Virus record (IMG/VR): IMGVR_UViG_3300023174_005626
Coordinates: 45,483 to 109,482 of that record
DNA from: a virus
Lineage: Duplodnaviria > Caudoviricetes
Strand: one strand, 5' to 3'
Length of the DNA: 64,000 bases
Translations under genes and position numbers: made by a program
In this document: in pieces, positions 1-10,513 of the stretch
How the letters are laid out: each line of letters begins with the position of its first letter
How positions within the stretch are numbered: position 1 is the first letter of the stretch
The notes under the pieces: model-generated
Database searches by the model: none
What the model was told of the DNA's origin: nothing
Seen by the model: the letters and a program-made list of their open reading frames with translations, nothing else

Positions 1-655
1 TATATTGTGTAACAACTGGCCAATAATCAGAACCTGGTATTGCACCATAGAATGCAACTGTTGTTGCAGATAATGATGGTTGTTGTGCTATACTATTAAT
101 CTCGGTTGAGAAATCAGCAAATAAGTTAGATGTACTTCCATCGCTCATTCTATATTGAACATAAAGATTTGGTGTGATATAACTATCAAACACCGCATCA
201 GGTGTTGTAAAATTAAACGTATCACCTGTAGAATTTCCACTGAAATCTATAGAGAAAGCTTGACCAACATTTGTTTCTAATCCAATTGTTGTTGGGTCAA
301 CATTAGCTGTTGTTCTAATACTCCATGATGGACCCGCATCATAACCCGAAAGACCCAATACTCTCGTAACAAACAATTGGTTAGATTGTTGTAAATAAGA
401 TTTTGCGATATACGCAGCCTCATATTGTGGGATTTGTGTATTCACAAACTTGACAGGTTCTGTACCACCGAAGTAGGCTTGGAATTCGTCATAGTTTGTT
501 ATAAAGACAGGTTCAAAAGCGGGACCCTTTATAGTCTCACCTACTAAACCTAATGTTGTAACACCCACGCTCTGAGCCACGAACGATAAGTCCGTTTCAG
601 ATGTATAAACACCTGGGGATACAAATACTTTTTGATTAACTTGTGCTGTTGCCAT
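1..655 (-). CDS. gp18: Tail sheath protein, N-terminal part (runs off window; not in ORF track)
   Basis: Manual translation from ATG at 655: MATAQVNQKVFVSPGVYTSETDLSFVAQSVGVTTLGLVGETIKGPAFEPVFITNYDEFQAYFGG...YLQQSNQLFVTRV, the typical contractile sheath N-terminus (SPGVY..E.D, KGP, FG, RV). Confidence 0.9.
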   Translation of the reverse strand, partial: MATAQVNQKVFVSPGVYTSETDLSFVAQSVGVTTLGLVGETIKGPAFEPVFITNYDEFQAYFGGTEPVKFVNTQIPQYEAAYIAKSYLQQSNQLFVTRVLGLSGYDAGPSWSIRTTANVDPTTIGLETNVGQAFSIDFSGNSTGDTFNFTTPDAVFDSYITPNLYVQYRMSDGSTSNLFADFSTEINSIAQQPSLSATTVAFYGAIPGSDYWPVVTQY

Positions 656-773
656 TATTAAATTATTCTTTGCAGATTTATTTTAATGATAAATATTCAA
701 TACTAACACAAAAAACTTGACTTTTGGATATGTATTTGTAAACGGTGAGAATAAATTCTGCCTTTTTTCTACC

Positions 774-935
774 ATGAAAACAAAGAAAGAAATAAAGAAC
801 ATAAAAATATCCCCTGAATCACATGAGGTACTGAAAAAGTATTGTGATAAGAGAGGTATTAAAATTTATAAATTCCTTGAGAATTTAATAATTGAAAAGT
901 GTAAAGAGAAGAAAGATATCTACGGAGAAAATTAA
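774..935 (+). CDS. Small ribbon-helix-helix-like DNA-binding protein
   Basis: ATG at 774; KNIKISPESHEVLKKYCDKRGIKIYKFLENLI fits a beta-strand plus two helices pattern. Confidence 0.6.
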   Translation: MKTKKEIKNIKISPESHEVLKKYCDKRGIKIYKFLENLIIEKCKEKKDIYGEN

Positions 936-1975
936 ACCAACTTACTATCAAACTGAATCGCGGCTTCGTTTGATGTGTTTTCTTTAGTAACCTCAATTCT
1001 CAAAACGTCATTAGTTGTTATTTGAATTTTTTGAACATCTGTTCCATAATAGTCGTCATTGATATAAACATCGTATGACGATATGTTACTTGATTTAACA
1101 AATTCCATATTTGCGGTAAAATCAATTCTTTCAACCAACATATCATTACCAACCACATATAAAAAATTAGTTAAGAATTCATCTGGATTTTCAGGAAACT
1201 GATTTTTTTTCTTTTTTAATGTTGACGTGTCAATTTCAAATACTTGAAGGACTCTGGCAATTGCGGGCTTAACTTCAAACTCGGCTTCATCAATAAGATA
1301 ACCCAACATTGTGAAATCATAGTTTTGAATATAATATTTTCTATTCTCAATTTGCATTTGAGACTCATCAGAAATATTGGTTGAAATGATTGGAACATAT
1401 TGACCTTTAATAAAGGTGTATGCTTGTCTTGATGAAAACTTTTGCATTACAACTTTATTTAGCTCGTTAAGTTCCCTCATTCTATTACAAATAATTTTAA
1501 CACTATAGTTAATATCAACGGGAACTGGCTGCGGAATTGTATAAATGTCCATACCTTGTTCATTACCATTCCAAGTCGGAACTGAGGCATAATAAAATTG
1601 TTTTCTATTTGGAATTGTATATTGAAGTGATGGATTTGTACCATACTTAACTTCGGGACTTCTAACAACAGTTATGAATGGTGGAGATGGGTTATTATCT
1701 AAATCAACAAATTGAGATGTTTCAACATATTGAGACCAGTTCTGAGTGGTAACAATAATATCAACCATTGGAACAATTTTTCCTGCCGTAACAACTTTCA
1801 AATCTTCTTTTACAAAATCTAACATACCTCTATCTAAATCAGCATGTAAAACTGATTTAGGTAAATAAGTTCCATCTTTGTTGATATATTCCAACAACTG
1901 CTCTCTTCTAGAATAAAGAGTCTTTTGTGGAACCAAAGGTAATGTAGGTTTAACTTGTGTTTTAGGTAATGGCAT
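932..1975 (-). CDS. Putative tail completion/neck protein (gp15-like)
   Basis: 347 aa; PVPVDINYSVKI segment resembles the tail-terminator fold; located between neck and sheath genes. Confidence 0.5.
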   Translation of the reverse strand: MPLPKTQVKPTLPLVPQKTLYSRREQLLEYINKDGTYLPKSVLHADLDRGMLDFVKEDLKVVTAGKIVPMVDIIVTTQNWSQYVETSQFVDLDNNPSPPFITVVRSPEVKYGTNPSLQYTIPNRKQFYYASVPTWNGNEQGMDIYTIPQPVPVDINYSVKIICNRMRELNELNKVVMQKFSSRQAYTFIKGQYVPIISTNISDESQMQIENRKYYIQNYDFTMLGYLIDEAEFEVKPAIARVLQVFEIDTSTLKKKKNQFPENPDEFLTNFLYVVGNDMLVERIDFTANMEFVKSSNISSYDVYINDDYYGTDVQKIQITTNDVLRIEVTKENTSNEAAIQFDSKLV

Positions 1976-2487
1976 TATATTCCTCTAAATTCATTTTCAC
2001 TTACCCAAGTAGCTGTAACCGTTCTATAGAATGGTTTATACCCACCATAAGTGTGTTTATTATCTGACTTAACAAGTCCGTCGTCAATAACTGTATAATA
2101 TCTAACTCTATCCTCCGTTTCATAATATCCAAGGTAATCACCCATAAAAATATTAACATCCATGTCATCAAGAGTTTTTTGGTAAATAGAAAATTTCATA
2201 TTACCTGGCTCATCTTGTTTAATCTTTGAATTACCAAGAAGTTTGTTCTGTGGTGCCATAACCTGAACCAATCCCTTAAGTTCAACAGGGGCCATGAATT
2301 GAATCCCATCTTCCAATACCTCACCATACACGCTATCAGTTTTAGTCTTGTATCTATCAATTCTATAAAGAATAACTGTGAAGTTCATATCACCCAACAA
2401 CCACTCTTCACCCATACCAATATCCAAGGCGTAGTCTTCCCCACCAAAGAATTTTCCTAAACGTGTAATTGGTACTAACTTTTGCAT
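1975..2487 (-). CDS. Putative neck/head-closure protein (gp14-like)
   Basis: 170 aa beta-rich protein with D.VYGE motif; TATTTAT element upstream; adjacent to tail genes. Confidence 0.5.
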   Translation of the reverse strand: MQKLVPITRLGKFFGGEDYALDIGMGEEWLLGDMNFTVILYRIDRYKTKTDSVYGEVLEDGIQFMAPVELKGLVQVMAPQNKLLGNSKIKQDEPGNMKFSIYQKTLDDMDVNIFMGDYLGYYETEDRVRYYTVIDDGLVKSDNKHTYGGYKPFYRTVTATWVSENEFRGI

Positions 2488-2528
2488 ATATTGATAAATA
2501 CTTAAAGAGTTATTATATTTCTAACAAA

Positions 2529-2933
2529 ATGATTATGAGATTAGACGCACCGAGTAAAATTTATGTTGACAACAGTCCGATACATGGGTTAGGTGTTTTC
2601 GCAAAAGAAAAAATATTAGTTGACGAAATATTTGAAATTTGTCCTGTAATTGATATGGGAATGAAGTTTGGTGAATCTAGTCACATATTAGTTGACTATA
2701 GATTTAATTGGCCACAAGGTGGTGGTGAATGGACAAAACAAGTTGTAACTGCTGGTTTTGGTATGTTATATAATCATAGTAATAATGCTAATGCAAATTG
2801 GAGGTCTAACTTTGATACAAACTCTTTTGAGTTTTATGCAACTAAAGACATTAACCCTGGCGATGAAATCTTTGTTTGGTATGGTGATATGAGTTATTGG
2901 AATGATGGTAGAAATCATACGAATATTATTTAA
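2529..2933 (+). CDS. SET-domain protein-lysine methyltransferase
   Basis: SPIHGLGVFA, LYNHSNNAN and ATKDINPGDEIFVWYG are SET signature motifs (GxG, NHS, EL/IxxxY); likely start ATG at 2529. Confidence 0.9.
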   Translation: MIMRLDAPSKIYVDNSPIHGLGVFAKEKILVDEIFEICPVIDMGMKFGESSHILVDYRFNWPQGGGEWTKQVVTAGFGMLYNHSNNANANWRSNFDTNSFEFYATKDINPGDEIFVWYGDMSYWNDGRNHTNII

Positions 2934-2938
2934 TTGAA

Positions 2939-4690
2939 ATGGAAATTAGTTTAGAATCTAAAGCATTAACATTGTTGGAAACTTACGAGGGGGCAAACAA
3001 TTATATATTGGAGCTCAAAAGAAAATCCCAAGTTAATAGAAAGTTTTACCCAACAAGAAGTCAATCTGAATACATTATTAATAACCACGATAAACAACCA
3101 AAGGTTGCTAAGAAGTGGGTTATACTTGATGCTTATTTTGCACAGAAACTTGCCGATGATAGACTGATGACTGAAATACCTGAAAAGGTTTGGGTTGAGA
3201 AATTATTGGCAGACAAAGAAAAAGCATTTCATATTTGGGGTAAAATAACTGAATCTCAAGAACTACATGACTTTTGGTTACCTAAAGCCTCAATAATTAA
3301 AGACAACACAGTTAAAGATGTTGTTATTAATTATGAAAAATATTCTAATCGTCCTCCACTTACACATCAAAAGGAAGCAATTCAAAAGTTAGTTGAGAAT
3401 AAGAAATTTATCTTAGCTGATGATATGGGTCTTGGTAAAACCACATCTACGATTATTGCTGCTCTTGAAGCTGGCGCTAAAAAAATATTAATCATTTGTC
3501 CAGCAACTTTAAAAATTAACTGGAAGAGGGAAATTGAAAACTACTCGGACAGGTCAACATATATTGCTGAAGGAAAAAACTTTTCAACCGAACACGACTT
3601 TGTTATCATAAACTATGACATTATAAAAAATTTCCATGACCCTAAGAAAAAAGATGATTCGCAAATTCTTAGAGCCGATTTTGATTTGGTCATCATTGAT
3701 GAGGCACACTATATCAAAAATGCTCAAGCCCAAAGAACAAAACTAATTAATGATTTAGTAAAGAAAGTTGACCGATTATGGTTACTAACGGGAACACCTA
3801 TGACTTCTCGCCCGATTGACTATTATAATTTATTAAGTCTAATAGATTCGCCTGTTGCCAAGAATTGGATGGCTTATGTTATAAGATACTGTCAAGGATA
3901 CCAATTTAAAGTTGGCCCAAGAAAGGTGTGGAATGTTATGGGAGCTTCCAATTTGGAAGAACTAAGAGACAGGACTGTAGGGTTAACACTAAGAAGATTA
4001 AAAGAAGATGTTTTAGATTTACCCGATAAAATTATCACACCCGTTTATCTTAGATTAAAATCTAAATTATATGAAGAAGTAATGGGTGATTACTATAATT
4101 GGTACGAAAAAAATCCTGAGGAATCAAAATCTTTAACGGTTCAATTTACAAAACTTACCAAAGTAAGACAAATTATTGCCGATGAAAAGATTGCCCAAAC
4201 AATTGAATTAGCCGAAAATATTATTGAGCAAGATAAAAAAGTTATTATATTCTGTAACTTTACAGATTCACTTAACAAAATTTGTGAACACTTTGGAAAA
4301 GTGGCAGTCAAACTTGATGGTTCAATGTCAAAAGGTGAAAGACAATTGTCTGTTGACCAATTCCAAGAAAATCAAAAAGTGAAAGTATTTGTTGGTAACA
4401 TTAAAGCGGCTGGTGTTGGTTTAACCTTAACAGCGGCTGAAGCGGTTATCATGAATGATTTATCCTTTTTACCATCCGACCACTCACAAGCTGAGGACAG
4501 AGCTTATAGATTTGGTCAAAAAAATAATGTATTAGTTTACTACCCAATATTTGAAAACACTATAGAAGGAATTATCTACGACATATTAGCAAATAAAAAA
4601 CAGGTTATATCTACAATCTTAGGTGATAACCAAAACAGTCCTGATGCGGCTGAAGAAATCTTAAAAAGAATTAATGAAATGCGTCGTTAA
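2939..4690 (+). CDS. SNF2/SWI2-family helicase (HARP/SMARCAL1-like)
   Basis: LADDMGLGKT, DEAH, LTGTP, QAEDRAYRFGQ motifs. Confidence 0.93.
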   Translation: MEISLESKALTLLETYEGANNYILELKRKSQVNRKFYPTRSQSEYIINNHDKQPKVAKKWVILDAYFAQKLADDRLMTEIPEKVWVEKLLADKEKAFHIWGKITESQELHDFWLPKASIIKDNTVKDVVINYEKYSNRPPLTHQKEAIQKLVENKKFILADDMGLGKTTSTIIAALEAGAKKILIICPATLKINWKREIENYSDRSTYIAEGKNFSTEHDFVIINYDIIKNFHDPKKKDDSQILRADFDLVIIDEAHYIKNAQAQRTKLINDLVKKVDRLWLLTGTPMTSRPIDYYNLLSLIDSPVAKNWMAYVIRYCQGYQFKVGPRKVWNVMGASNLEELRDRTVGLTLRRLKEDVLDLPDKIITPVYLRLKSKLYEEVMGDYYNWYEKNPEESKSLTVQFTKLTKVRQIIADEKIAQTIELAENIIEQDKKVIIFCNFTDSLNKICEHFGKVAVKLDGSMSKGERQLSVDQFQENQKVKVFVGNIKAAGVGLTLTAAEAVIMNDLSFLPSDHSQAEDRAYRFGQKNNVLVYYPIFENTIEGIIYDILANKKQVISTILGDNQNSPDAAEEILKRINEMRR

Positions 4691-4730
4691 ATAATTATTG
4701 GATTATTTATTATATGGATAATCCAAACAT

Positions 4731-6269
4731 ATGAAGAAATTAGAAGAAAAGGTACAACAACTGGAAACCCAAATACTTGAAAACCACGTTAACAAAGAAA
4801 AAGAACAGTTGCTTACCGAAATGAAGAAAATTGGAATAGAGAAATTACCTTATTCCTACTCAGCCCTTAAACCGTTCATTGACCCCGAGACAATGGACTT
4901 TCATTATAACAAACATTATAAAGGGTACGTGGATAAATTGAATGACGCTCTCTCAAAGAAAAAAAACGGGGATGTAGAGTTAGAGCAAATAATCAAAAAC
5001 ATAAGTCGTTACGACAAATCAATCAGAAATAATGCAGGTGGAGCATTCAATCACGCATTATTTTGGAACATGTTGACACCTAATCCAAAAAAACTTGAAG
5101 GGGAACTTTATAAAAAAATTGTAAAACAATTTGGTAGTTTCACAGCGTTCAAGAAAAAATTTGAGGCGGTTGCCAAAGATAGATTTGGTTCGGGATGGGT
5201 GTGGTTAGTTTTAACTGCGAAGAACACATTAAAAATAATGTCTACACCAAACCAAGATAATCCATTGATGAATGTGATTGAAGGTGGTGGTTTCCCATTA
5301 TTGGGGTTAGACTTATGGGAACACGCGTATTATTTAAAATACAGAAACAAAAGAGACGAATATATTGTAAACTTTTGGAAAGTTATTAATTGGGATTTTG
5401 TTACAAAAATGTATGAAATGAAAACCCAAACAAAGTTAATGGAGTCTGTTGAGTTAGGTAAAATTATTACTGAATCAGCAGATGCGAAATTCTGTGACGC
5501 AAAAGAAATTTTATTTTTTAAAGATTTAATTAACAATTCTAAAATTAAAAGAAGATACCAAGATGGAGTAACTGACGTATTAAGAACAGTATTCCATGAT
5601 TTTTGGGTTGAGAGTACAACAAAAGAAATGTCAGGATTCTACGGAGTTGAATCTAAAGAAGGTAGGTCAATTCTTAATAACCTTAACACCAACTTCAACG
5701 CGTTTTGTTTATTGGTTAAAGCGGTTAACAGACAAATTGAAAATATTGGTAGAACTGATAAGATTTTTAATTTTAGTTTCAAAGAAAATAGAACACTGAA
5801 AGAAGTAGAAAGATTTCTTAATGCTTTAGACCATTTCAAAAAACAAATTTTTACAAAAAATAATGAAGACTTTATTAACATTATTAAAGTTTTAAAAAAG
5901 TTATGGGACAGAGGACAAAAATCTGAAGATAACGTTCAAAAGAAACTTGAAGATTATTTTGAAGGTGACGCAAAAGTTGAAAAAATTGGAGGTCACGGAC
6001 AAAAAAGAGACGCCTTTAAAGGTGTTGATATGGTTATTGAAAAGGATGGTAAAACACATACCGCTCAAGTAAAACCATACTCAACAACAACAATTGACGG
6101 TGACAAAGTTGCTTTATCCGATACAGGTAATGTCAAACCTTACAACGTGAACTGGTTGATTTTTATTCAACCTAAAACTAATAAGATATTAATATTTGAT
6201 AATCATCCATTACAAAACGAAAATCAATATATATTTAAGTTAAGTTCACTTCTTCACGAAATAGAATAA
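4731..6269 (+). CDS. sodA: Mn-type superoxide dismutase fused to a C-terminal PD-(D/E)xK-like domain
   Basis: LPYSYSALKP, HYNKHY, GGAFNHALFW, FGSGWVW, NQD, DLWEHAYY (all four metal ligands; GG and NQD favour Mn); C-terminal GVDMVI...AQVKP. Confidence 0.85.
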   Translation: MKKLEEKVQQLETQILENHVNKEKEQLLTEMKKIGIEKLPYSYSALKPFIDPETMDFHYNKHYKGYVDKLNDALSKKKNGDVELEQIIKNISRYDKSIRNNAGGAFNHALFWNMLTPNPKKLEGELYKKIVKQFGSFTAFKKKFEAVAKDRFGSGWVWLVLTAKNTLKIMSTPNQDNPLMNVIEGGGFPLLGLDLWEHAYYLKYRNKRDEYIVNFWKVINWDFVTKMYEMKTQTKLMESVELGKIITESADAKFCDAKEILFFKDLINNSKIKRRYQDGVTDVLRTVFHDFWVESTTKEMSGFYGVESKEGRSILNNLNTNFNAFCLLVKAVNRQIENIGRTDKIFNFSFKENRTLKEVERFLNALDHFKKQIFTKNNEDFINIIKVLKKLWDRGQKSEDNVQKKLEDYFEGDAKVEKIGGHGQKRDAFKGVDMVIEKDGKTHTAQVKPYSTTTIDGDKVALSDTGNVKPYNVNWLIFIQPKTNKILIFDNHPLQNENQYIFKLSSLLHEIE

Positions 6270-6287
6270 TAAAGATATTTATTTGAT

Positions 6288-7412
6288 ATGGCAGCAATAC
6301 CAGAACCAGAAAGGTCAAAAATTTATACGAGAATTAAACACCAATTAGGTGCGCCCTTAAGAAGTGTAGAACTTGAGGACGAAATGTTAGACTCATTGAT
6401 GGAATTAGCAATTGGGGATTATGAAGAATATATCCTACAATGGTTAATTGATTCTCAATGGGTTAACCTTGTTAATTTAAACATGAATGAAAGGTCTGTT
6501 GCGAGAGCCCTTGTTACAAGAACAATGGATTTTGAACAACAATTTTCATATTCATATTCTAAAATTGTGGGTCTTCAAACTGAAGGTCCTTGGGTTTTAA
6601 AGAAAGATTATTTTATTCTTGAAAAGAATGTTCAAACATACGAAATTCCTGCTGGTAGAGAAGTAAACGAATTATTATGGTTTTCAGACCAAGCTTGGAC
6701 TGCATTTGGAATTGGTGGTATGGGTGGATTTGGTGGTGGTATTGGATTAGGTGCAGACCAACCTGGATTTGCTCAGATGGGTAATACGGGTTCTTATTTT
6801 ATGATGTCAGGTTTTGATTATCTAATTAGAATGCAAGAAGCCAATATTCTTAGTAGAATCTTAGGTGGTTCGTTAACATATAGAATAACAGGACTACCTG
6901 ACGGTAAAAAATTAATTCACTTGATGAATACTCCTGGTGGTAAATTTAACTGGTCAAGTTATAGTCAATACGTGGGTAAAGCTGTTTGGTATTGGTATTA
7001 CGATGTAGAACCTGATAGTAGAGCCGATTGTTTGAAAAACAATCCCGACATTATTAAATTACCAACAGATGTACCTATTGAGGAATTGACTTGGACTGAT
7101 TTAAATGTTCCTGGTCAACAATGGGTTAGAAGATGGTTCACCGCTTACTGTAAAGAAACTTTAGCAAGAGTTAGAGGAAAATACAGTGGTAACCTTAAAA
7201 CGCCTGATTCTGAAATTGTTATGGATTACCAAAGTTTATTAACCGAGGCTAAAGATGAAAAGTCAAAACTTATTGAAGAATTAACAGGTGCTGAAGGTTG
7301 GTTAACCAGAATGAGACCTGACAAAGTTATGGAAAGAGAAGCATTAATTGCTGAAAACCTAAATAAACAAATGAAGTTCAGAGCAATGCCTCGTCAAATT
7401 TACGTAATATAA
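6288..7412 (+). CDS. Neck/head-tail adaptor protein (gp13-like)
   Basis: IKHQLGAPLRSVELEDEML N-terminus and KETLARVRGKY C-terminal motif typical of T4 gp13-like proteins. Confidence 0.75.
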   Translation: MAAIPEPERSKIYTRIKHQLGAPLRSVELEDEMLDSLMELAIGDYEEYILQWLIDSQWVNLVNLNMNERSVARALVTRTMDFEQQFSYSYSKIVGLQTEGPWVLKKDYFILEKNVQTYEIPAGREVNELLWFSDQAWTAFGIGGMGGFGGGIGLGADQPGFAQMGNTGSYFMMSGFDYLIRMQEANILSRILGGSLTYRITGLPDGKKLIHLMNTPGGKFNWSSYSQYVGKAVWYWYYDVEPDSRADCLKNNPDIIKLPTDVPIEELTWTDLNVPGQQWVRRWFTAYCKETLARVRGKYSGNLKTPDSEIVMDYQSLLTEAKDEKSKLIEELTGAEGWLTRMRPDKVMEREALIAENLNKQMKFRAMPRQIYVI

Positions 7413-7747
7413 TGGCAATAATTAAGACAGTACCAGTAAGAAAATTTATCAATGGTCATCAAATAGAAACATCTGAAATTACATTAGTTTCAGAATTAGA
7501 TTATCGTACCAATGGTGAAGACTGTTGTATCATTAGAGGTGTTGTACAATCATTCGTAACATTAGATTCAAGAACATCTGACCACATTACCGTAAAGGCA
7601 ATGACTCACCTAACAATCAGACCTGATGTTGGAAAGATTGATGAAGAATACGATGAGATTGTTGCAGACAAATTCGCTTGTATTGAATTCAGATTTGTTG
7701 GTGGAAACTGGTATATCTTATCTTCAGACGGTCTGAAGCAATCCTAA
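7412..7747 (+). CDS. Hypothetical beta-rich protein, probably structural
   Basis: 111 aa ORF coupled to the neck gene; ends in GGNWYILS. Confidence 0.55.
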   Translation: MAIIKTVPVRKFINGHQIETSEITLVSELDYRTNGEDCCIIRGVVQSFVTLDSRTSDHITVKAMTHLTIRPDVGKIDEEYDEIVADKFACIEFRFVGGNWYILSSDGLKQS

Positions 7748-10513
7748 CTTTTCCTTCCAATTTTCTTCTGCTAAATCATACATATAATCAGCCTTAAGAC
7801 CACGTCTTTCCCAATAATTTAATTCTTGTTCGGTAATATCCAAAACATCTTTTTGTAAATCATCTTGGTCACCTTCACCTAACGGATGTCCATTAATTAA
7901 TTCACACTGAGCTGTTGTAAAGATTCCCCTTTGTTCAGGGTCAGCAACAATTAACCCATTTCTAACTTCGTCTTGGAACACAACCATCAAAGGTTCAATT
8001 CTTTTATTGAATGTTGATACCGCTCTTGGTACATTATAGTCACCCGTTAAATCAGGGTCGTTCTCTAAAATATCTTTATCCAACATATAACAGTTAACCA
8101 TAACCCCATCTGTAATTGGTTTTGCCTTAGGGTTATTAAATATGTTCACTGCGTTCGTATCTTTAATTTGTTTAACTGTCATCTTTTGGACATCCCCTTG
8201 TGATGCCTTTGTTCCGTTATTAACATACATGATTACATCACCCAAGTTAACACTCAAACCGTCTTGTATTGCAAGTTCCATATGAGCCATACGAGACATA
8301 CTATTACCCGATTTAGTCTTAGTTGTTAATCTTTTCTTATATTCATCAAGAGTTAGTTTAACCTTCGCTCTTTGTGCAATCTTACTTAATGGAACCTTCT
8401 TATCAAATATTTTTTGTAGATACTCGTAGTAATATTCAACAAACGCCTTACCATCGCCTTGTAATAACATCTTAATTCCTTTATCCAAGAATTCCTCAAT
8501 ATATAATGGTAACTTTTTAGACTTAATAGAATTGCCAGTCAACTTTATCTTTCCTTTGGCATCCATTACAGCGTAATTTTTTCTGGCAAGATTTATACAT
8601 GACGGCCAAACCCCATCGGTATCAAGTGCCATTTCTCCTCTCATGAATATATCATTGTATTCTGCCACGTCAGCCTCAGGTCCATAATACTCCTTACCTT
8701 CTTTAACCTTCCAATTCAAACCACGACCAACATACACACGGTCTTTTGCTTCAGGTGGGGTTGAGAAGTTCACACCATCCGTATCCATAACCAATGGAAC
8801 ATATCCTTTTGTCATAAAGAATCTAATCATCTGACGAAGATATTGTCTACCTGTACAGGTGATTTGTTCTCCCATATACATGTCACCCCAAGCATAAACC
8901 TGAGGAGCTGACAACGCACCGAACATTGAGTTAATGAAAATCTTAATCGGTAATTGTTTGTTACCATATGTTGCAGACTTCTTTGGGTCGGTTGTATAAA
9001 ATTTTTCAGCGAGTTCTTTGTATTTGATACGGGTATTACGGAAATAACTTAACATTCCTTTCATTGCACCTGTAACATCACAGTCGGGGAATACATCGTG
9101 AACCAATTGAATAGATGGATATAGTGAACTAAAGTCCAACTTAAGTACGTCCTTGGAATATCCAACCTTCAATAATCTTGATAATCCACCAACGAAATCA
9201 GTCTTGGCTTCTTTTGCAGGAATTGCTAACCCATGTTTGTATGACCAAGCCAACATCAACATCTTCCATAATGTTGCGGTACCCATTGTGGACACTCTCT
9301 CATATGTTGTTGGAATCATTGCTGCAAGTAGAAATGAACCTTGGTTAAACTCCGTATCAACCTTTAATGTTTCATCCAAGTCATCGTCAAGATATCTCTC
9401 AACAAGGTTATCGCCAGTAGTTTTTATATATACTCCAGGAAACTTAACATCTAAGTCTTGGTATTCTGACGCCTTCTTATATTTTCCATTCTGAACATTT
9501 AACCAATACTCCTCTTTGTTAATATACATTTTGCCAATACTCTCATGGTCAATGTAAACACGGTCAGGAGCTTCAGCATTAATAAACTTGGTAATATATT
9601 TCAAACCCGCAGCTTTAATACTTGAGTTAATTGCCTGTGCTCTACGAACAGCATGAATAATATCAATTACATTGTAACCCCAAATAGATGTCTGAACATA
9701 TTCTTCCACCTCATTTGCAAGTTTTAACATACTGTCCTTTCTTGTGAATGAATGTTGGGGGTGTAATGAACGACAAGCCTTTTTTGGGTCAACACCTAAA
9801 ATTTTACATCTTTCAAATATCCAATGCCAGTCAAAGTTTGCTGAATTATATCCACCAATAATACTTGGTTTGAGGTCATCTATAACTTTAAAGAACTCAA
9901 TGATAGAATTCTTCTCCTGAGACTCATCAAGACACTCAATGACTCTGTGGTATCCTTTATTAGTCTTTATTCCAATCATGAAAATACGACCATCTTTAGG
10001 GTCAAGAGCAGTAGTTTCCAAGTCAAATACAAGTCGGGTGACTTGTTCGTAGTCTTCAAAACCTTTAAATAATCTTTTTTCTTTTGAAATTAAGTATTGT
10101 TCTACAGGAGGTAGAATCATTATCTTATCCTTTGACTTATCTCCCCAAGGGTCACAACCACCATCTCTAAAGAACTGAATAAGTTCTCTATAACCTTTAA
10201 GTGATTTAACCATATATGTAAGACCTTTTTCAAGTCTTTCATTATCTTTTGTTTCTAATTTATCAATCATGATTCCGTACTTAGTCATAGCCTCTTTTTG
10301 TGCGGCTTTGGAATCACCATAAAACTTTAATCCGCGCAAATCACCGACCCACGCAAACGGAATAAACGTATCCTTACGGATTTCTTTTCCTTTACCAGGT
10401 GCTTCTTTAATTTTGTAAATTGAGTTGGATGCGTAGTCAAATTCTATTGCGACTATAAATTCTTCAGGGTCGTTACCATGTAGGAACGATTCTATCTCTT
10501 CGTTAGATATCAT
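7724..10513 (-). CDS. polB: Family B DNA polymerase
   Basis: Exonuclease motifs FDLET and GYNSANFDW; polymerase motifs LDFSSLYPSI, KIFINSMFG, MDTDG, KNYA; no intein visible. Confidence 0.95.
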   Translation of the reverse strand: MISNEEIESFLHGNDPEEFIVAIEFDYASNSIYKIKEAPGKGKEIRKDTFIPFAWVGDLRGLKFYGDSKAAQKEAMTKYGIMIDKLETKDNERLEKGLTYMVKSLKGYRELIQFFRDGGCDPWGDKSKDKIMILPPVEQYLISKEKRLFKGFEDYEQVTRLVFDLETTALDPKDGRIFMIGIKTNKGYHRVIECLDESQEKNSIIEFFKVIDDLKPSIIGGYNSANFDWHWIFERCKILGVDPKKACRSLHPQHSFTRKDSMLKLANEVEEYVQTSIWGYNVIDIIHAVRRAQAINSSIKAAGLKYITKFINAEAPDRVYIDHESIGKMYINKEEYWLNVQNGKYKKASEYQDLDVKFPGVYIKTTGDNLVERYLDDDLDETLKVDTEFNQGSFLLAAMIPTTYERVSTMGTATLWKMLMLAWSYKHGLAIPAKEAKTDFVGGLSRLLKVGYSKDVLKLDFSSLYPSIQLVHDVFPDCDVTGAMKGMLSYFRNTRIKYKELAEKFYTTDPKKSATYGNKQLPIKIFINSMFGALSAPQVYAWGDMYMGEQITCTGRQYLRQMIRFFMTKGYVPLVMDTDGVNFSTPPEAKDRVYVGRGLNWKVKEGKEYYGPEADVAEYNDIFMRGEMALDTDGVWPSCINLARKNYAVMDAKGKIKLTGNSIKSKKLPLYIEEFLDKGIKMLLQGDGKAFVEYYYEYLQKIFDKKVPLSKIAQRAKVKLTLDEYKKRLTTKTKSGNSMSRMAHMELAIQDGLSVNLGDVIMYVNNGTKASQGDVQKMTVKQIKDTNAVNIFNNPKAKPITDGVMVNCYMLDKDILENDPDLTGDYNVPRAVSTFNKRIEPLMVVFQDEVRNGLIVADPEQRGIFTTAQCELINGHPLGEGDQDDLQKDVLDITEQELNYWERRGLKADYMYDLAEENWKEKLGLLQTV

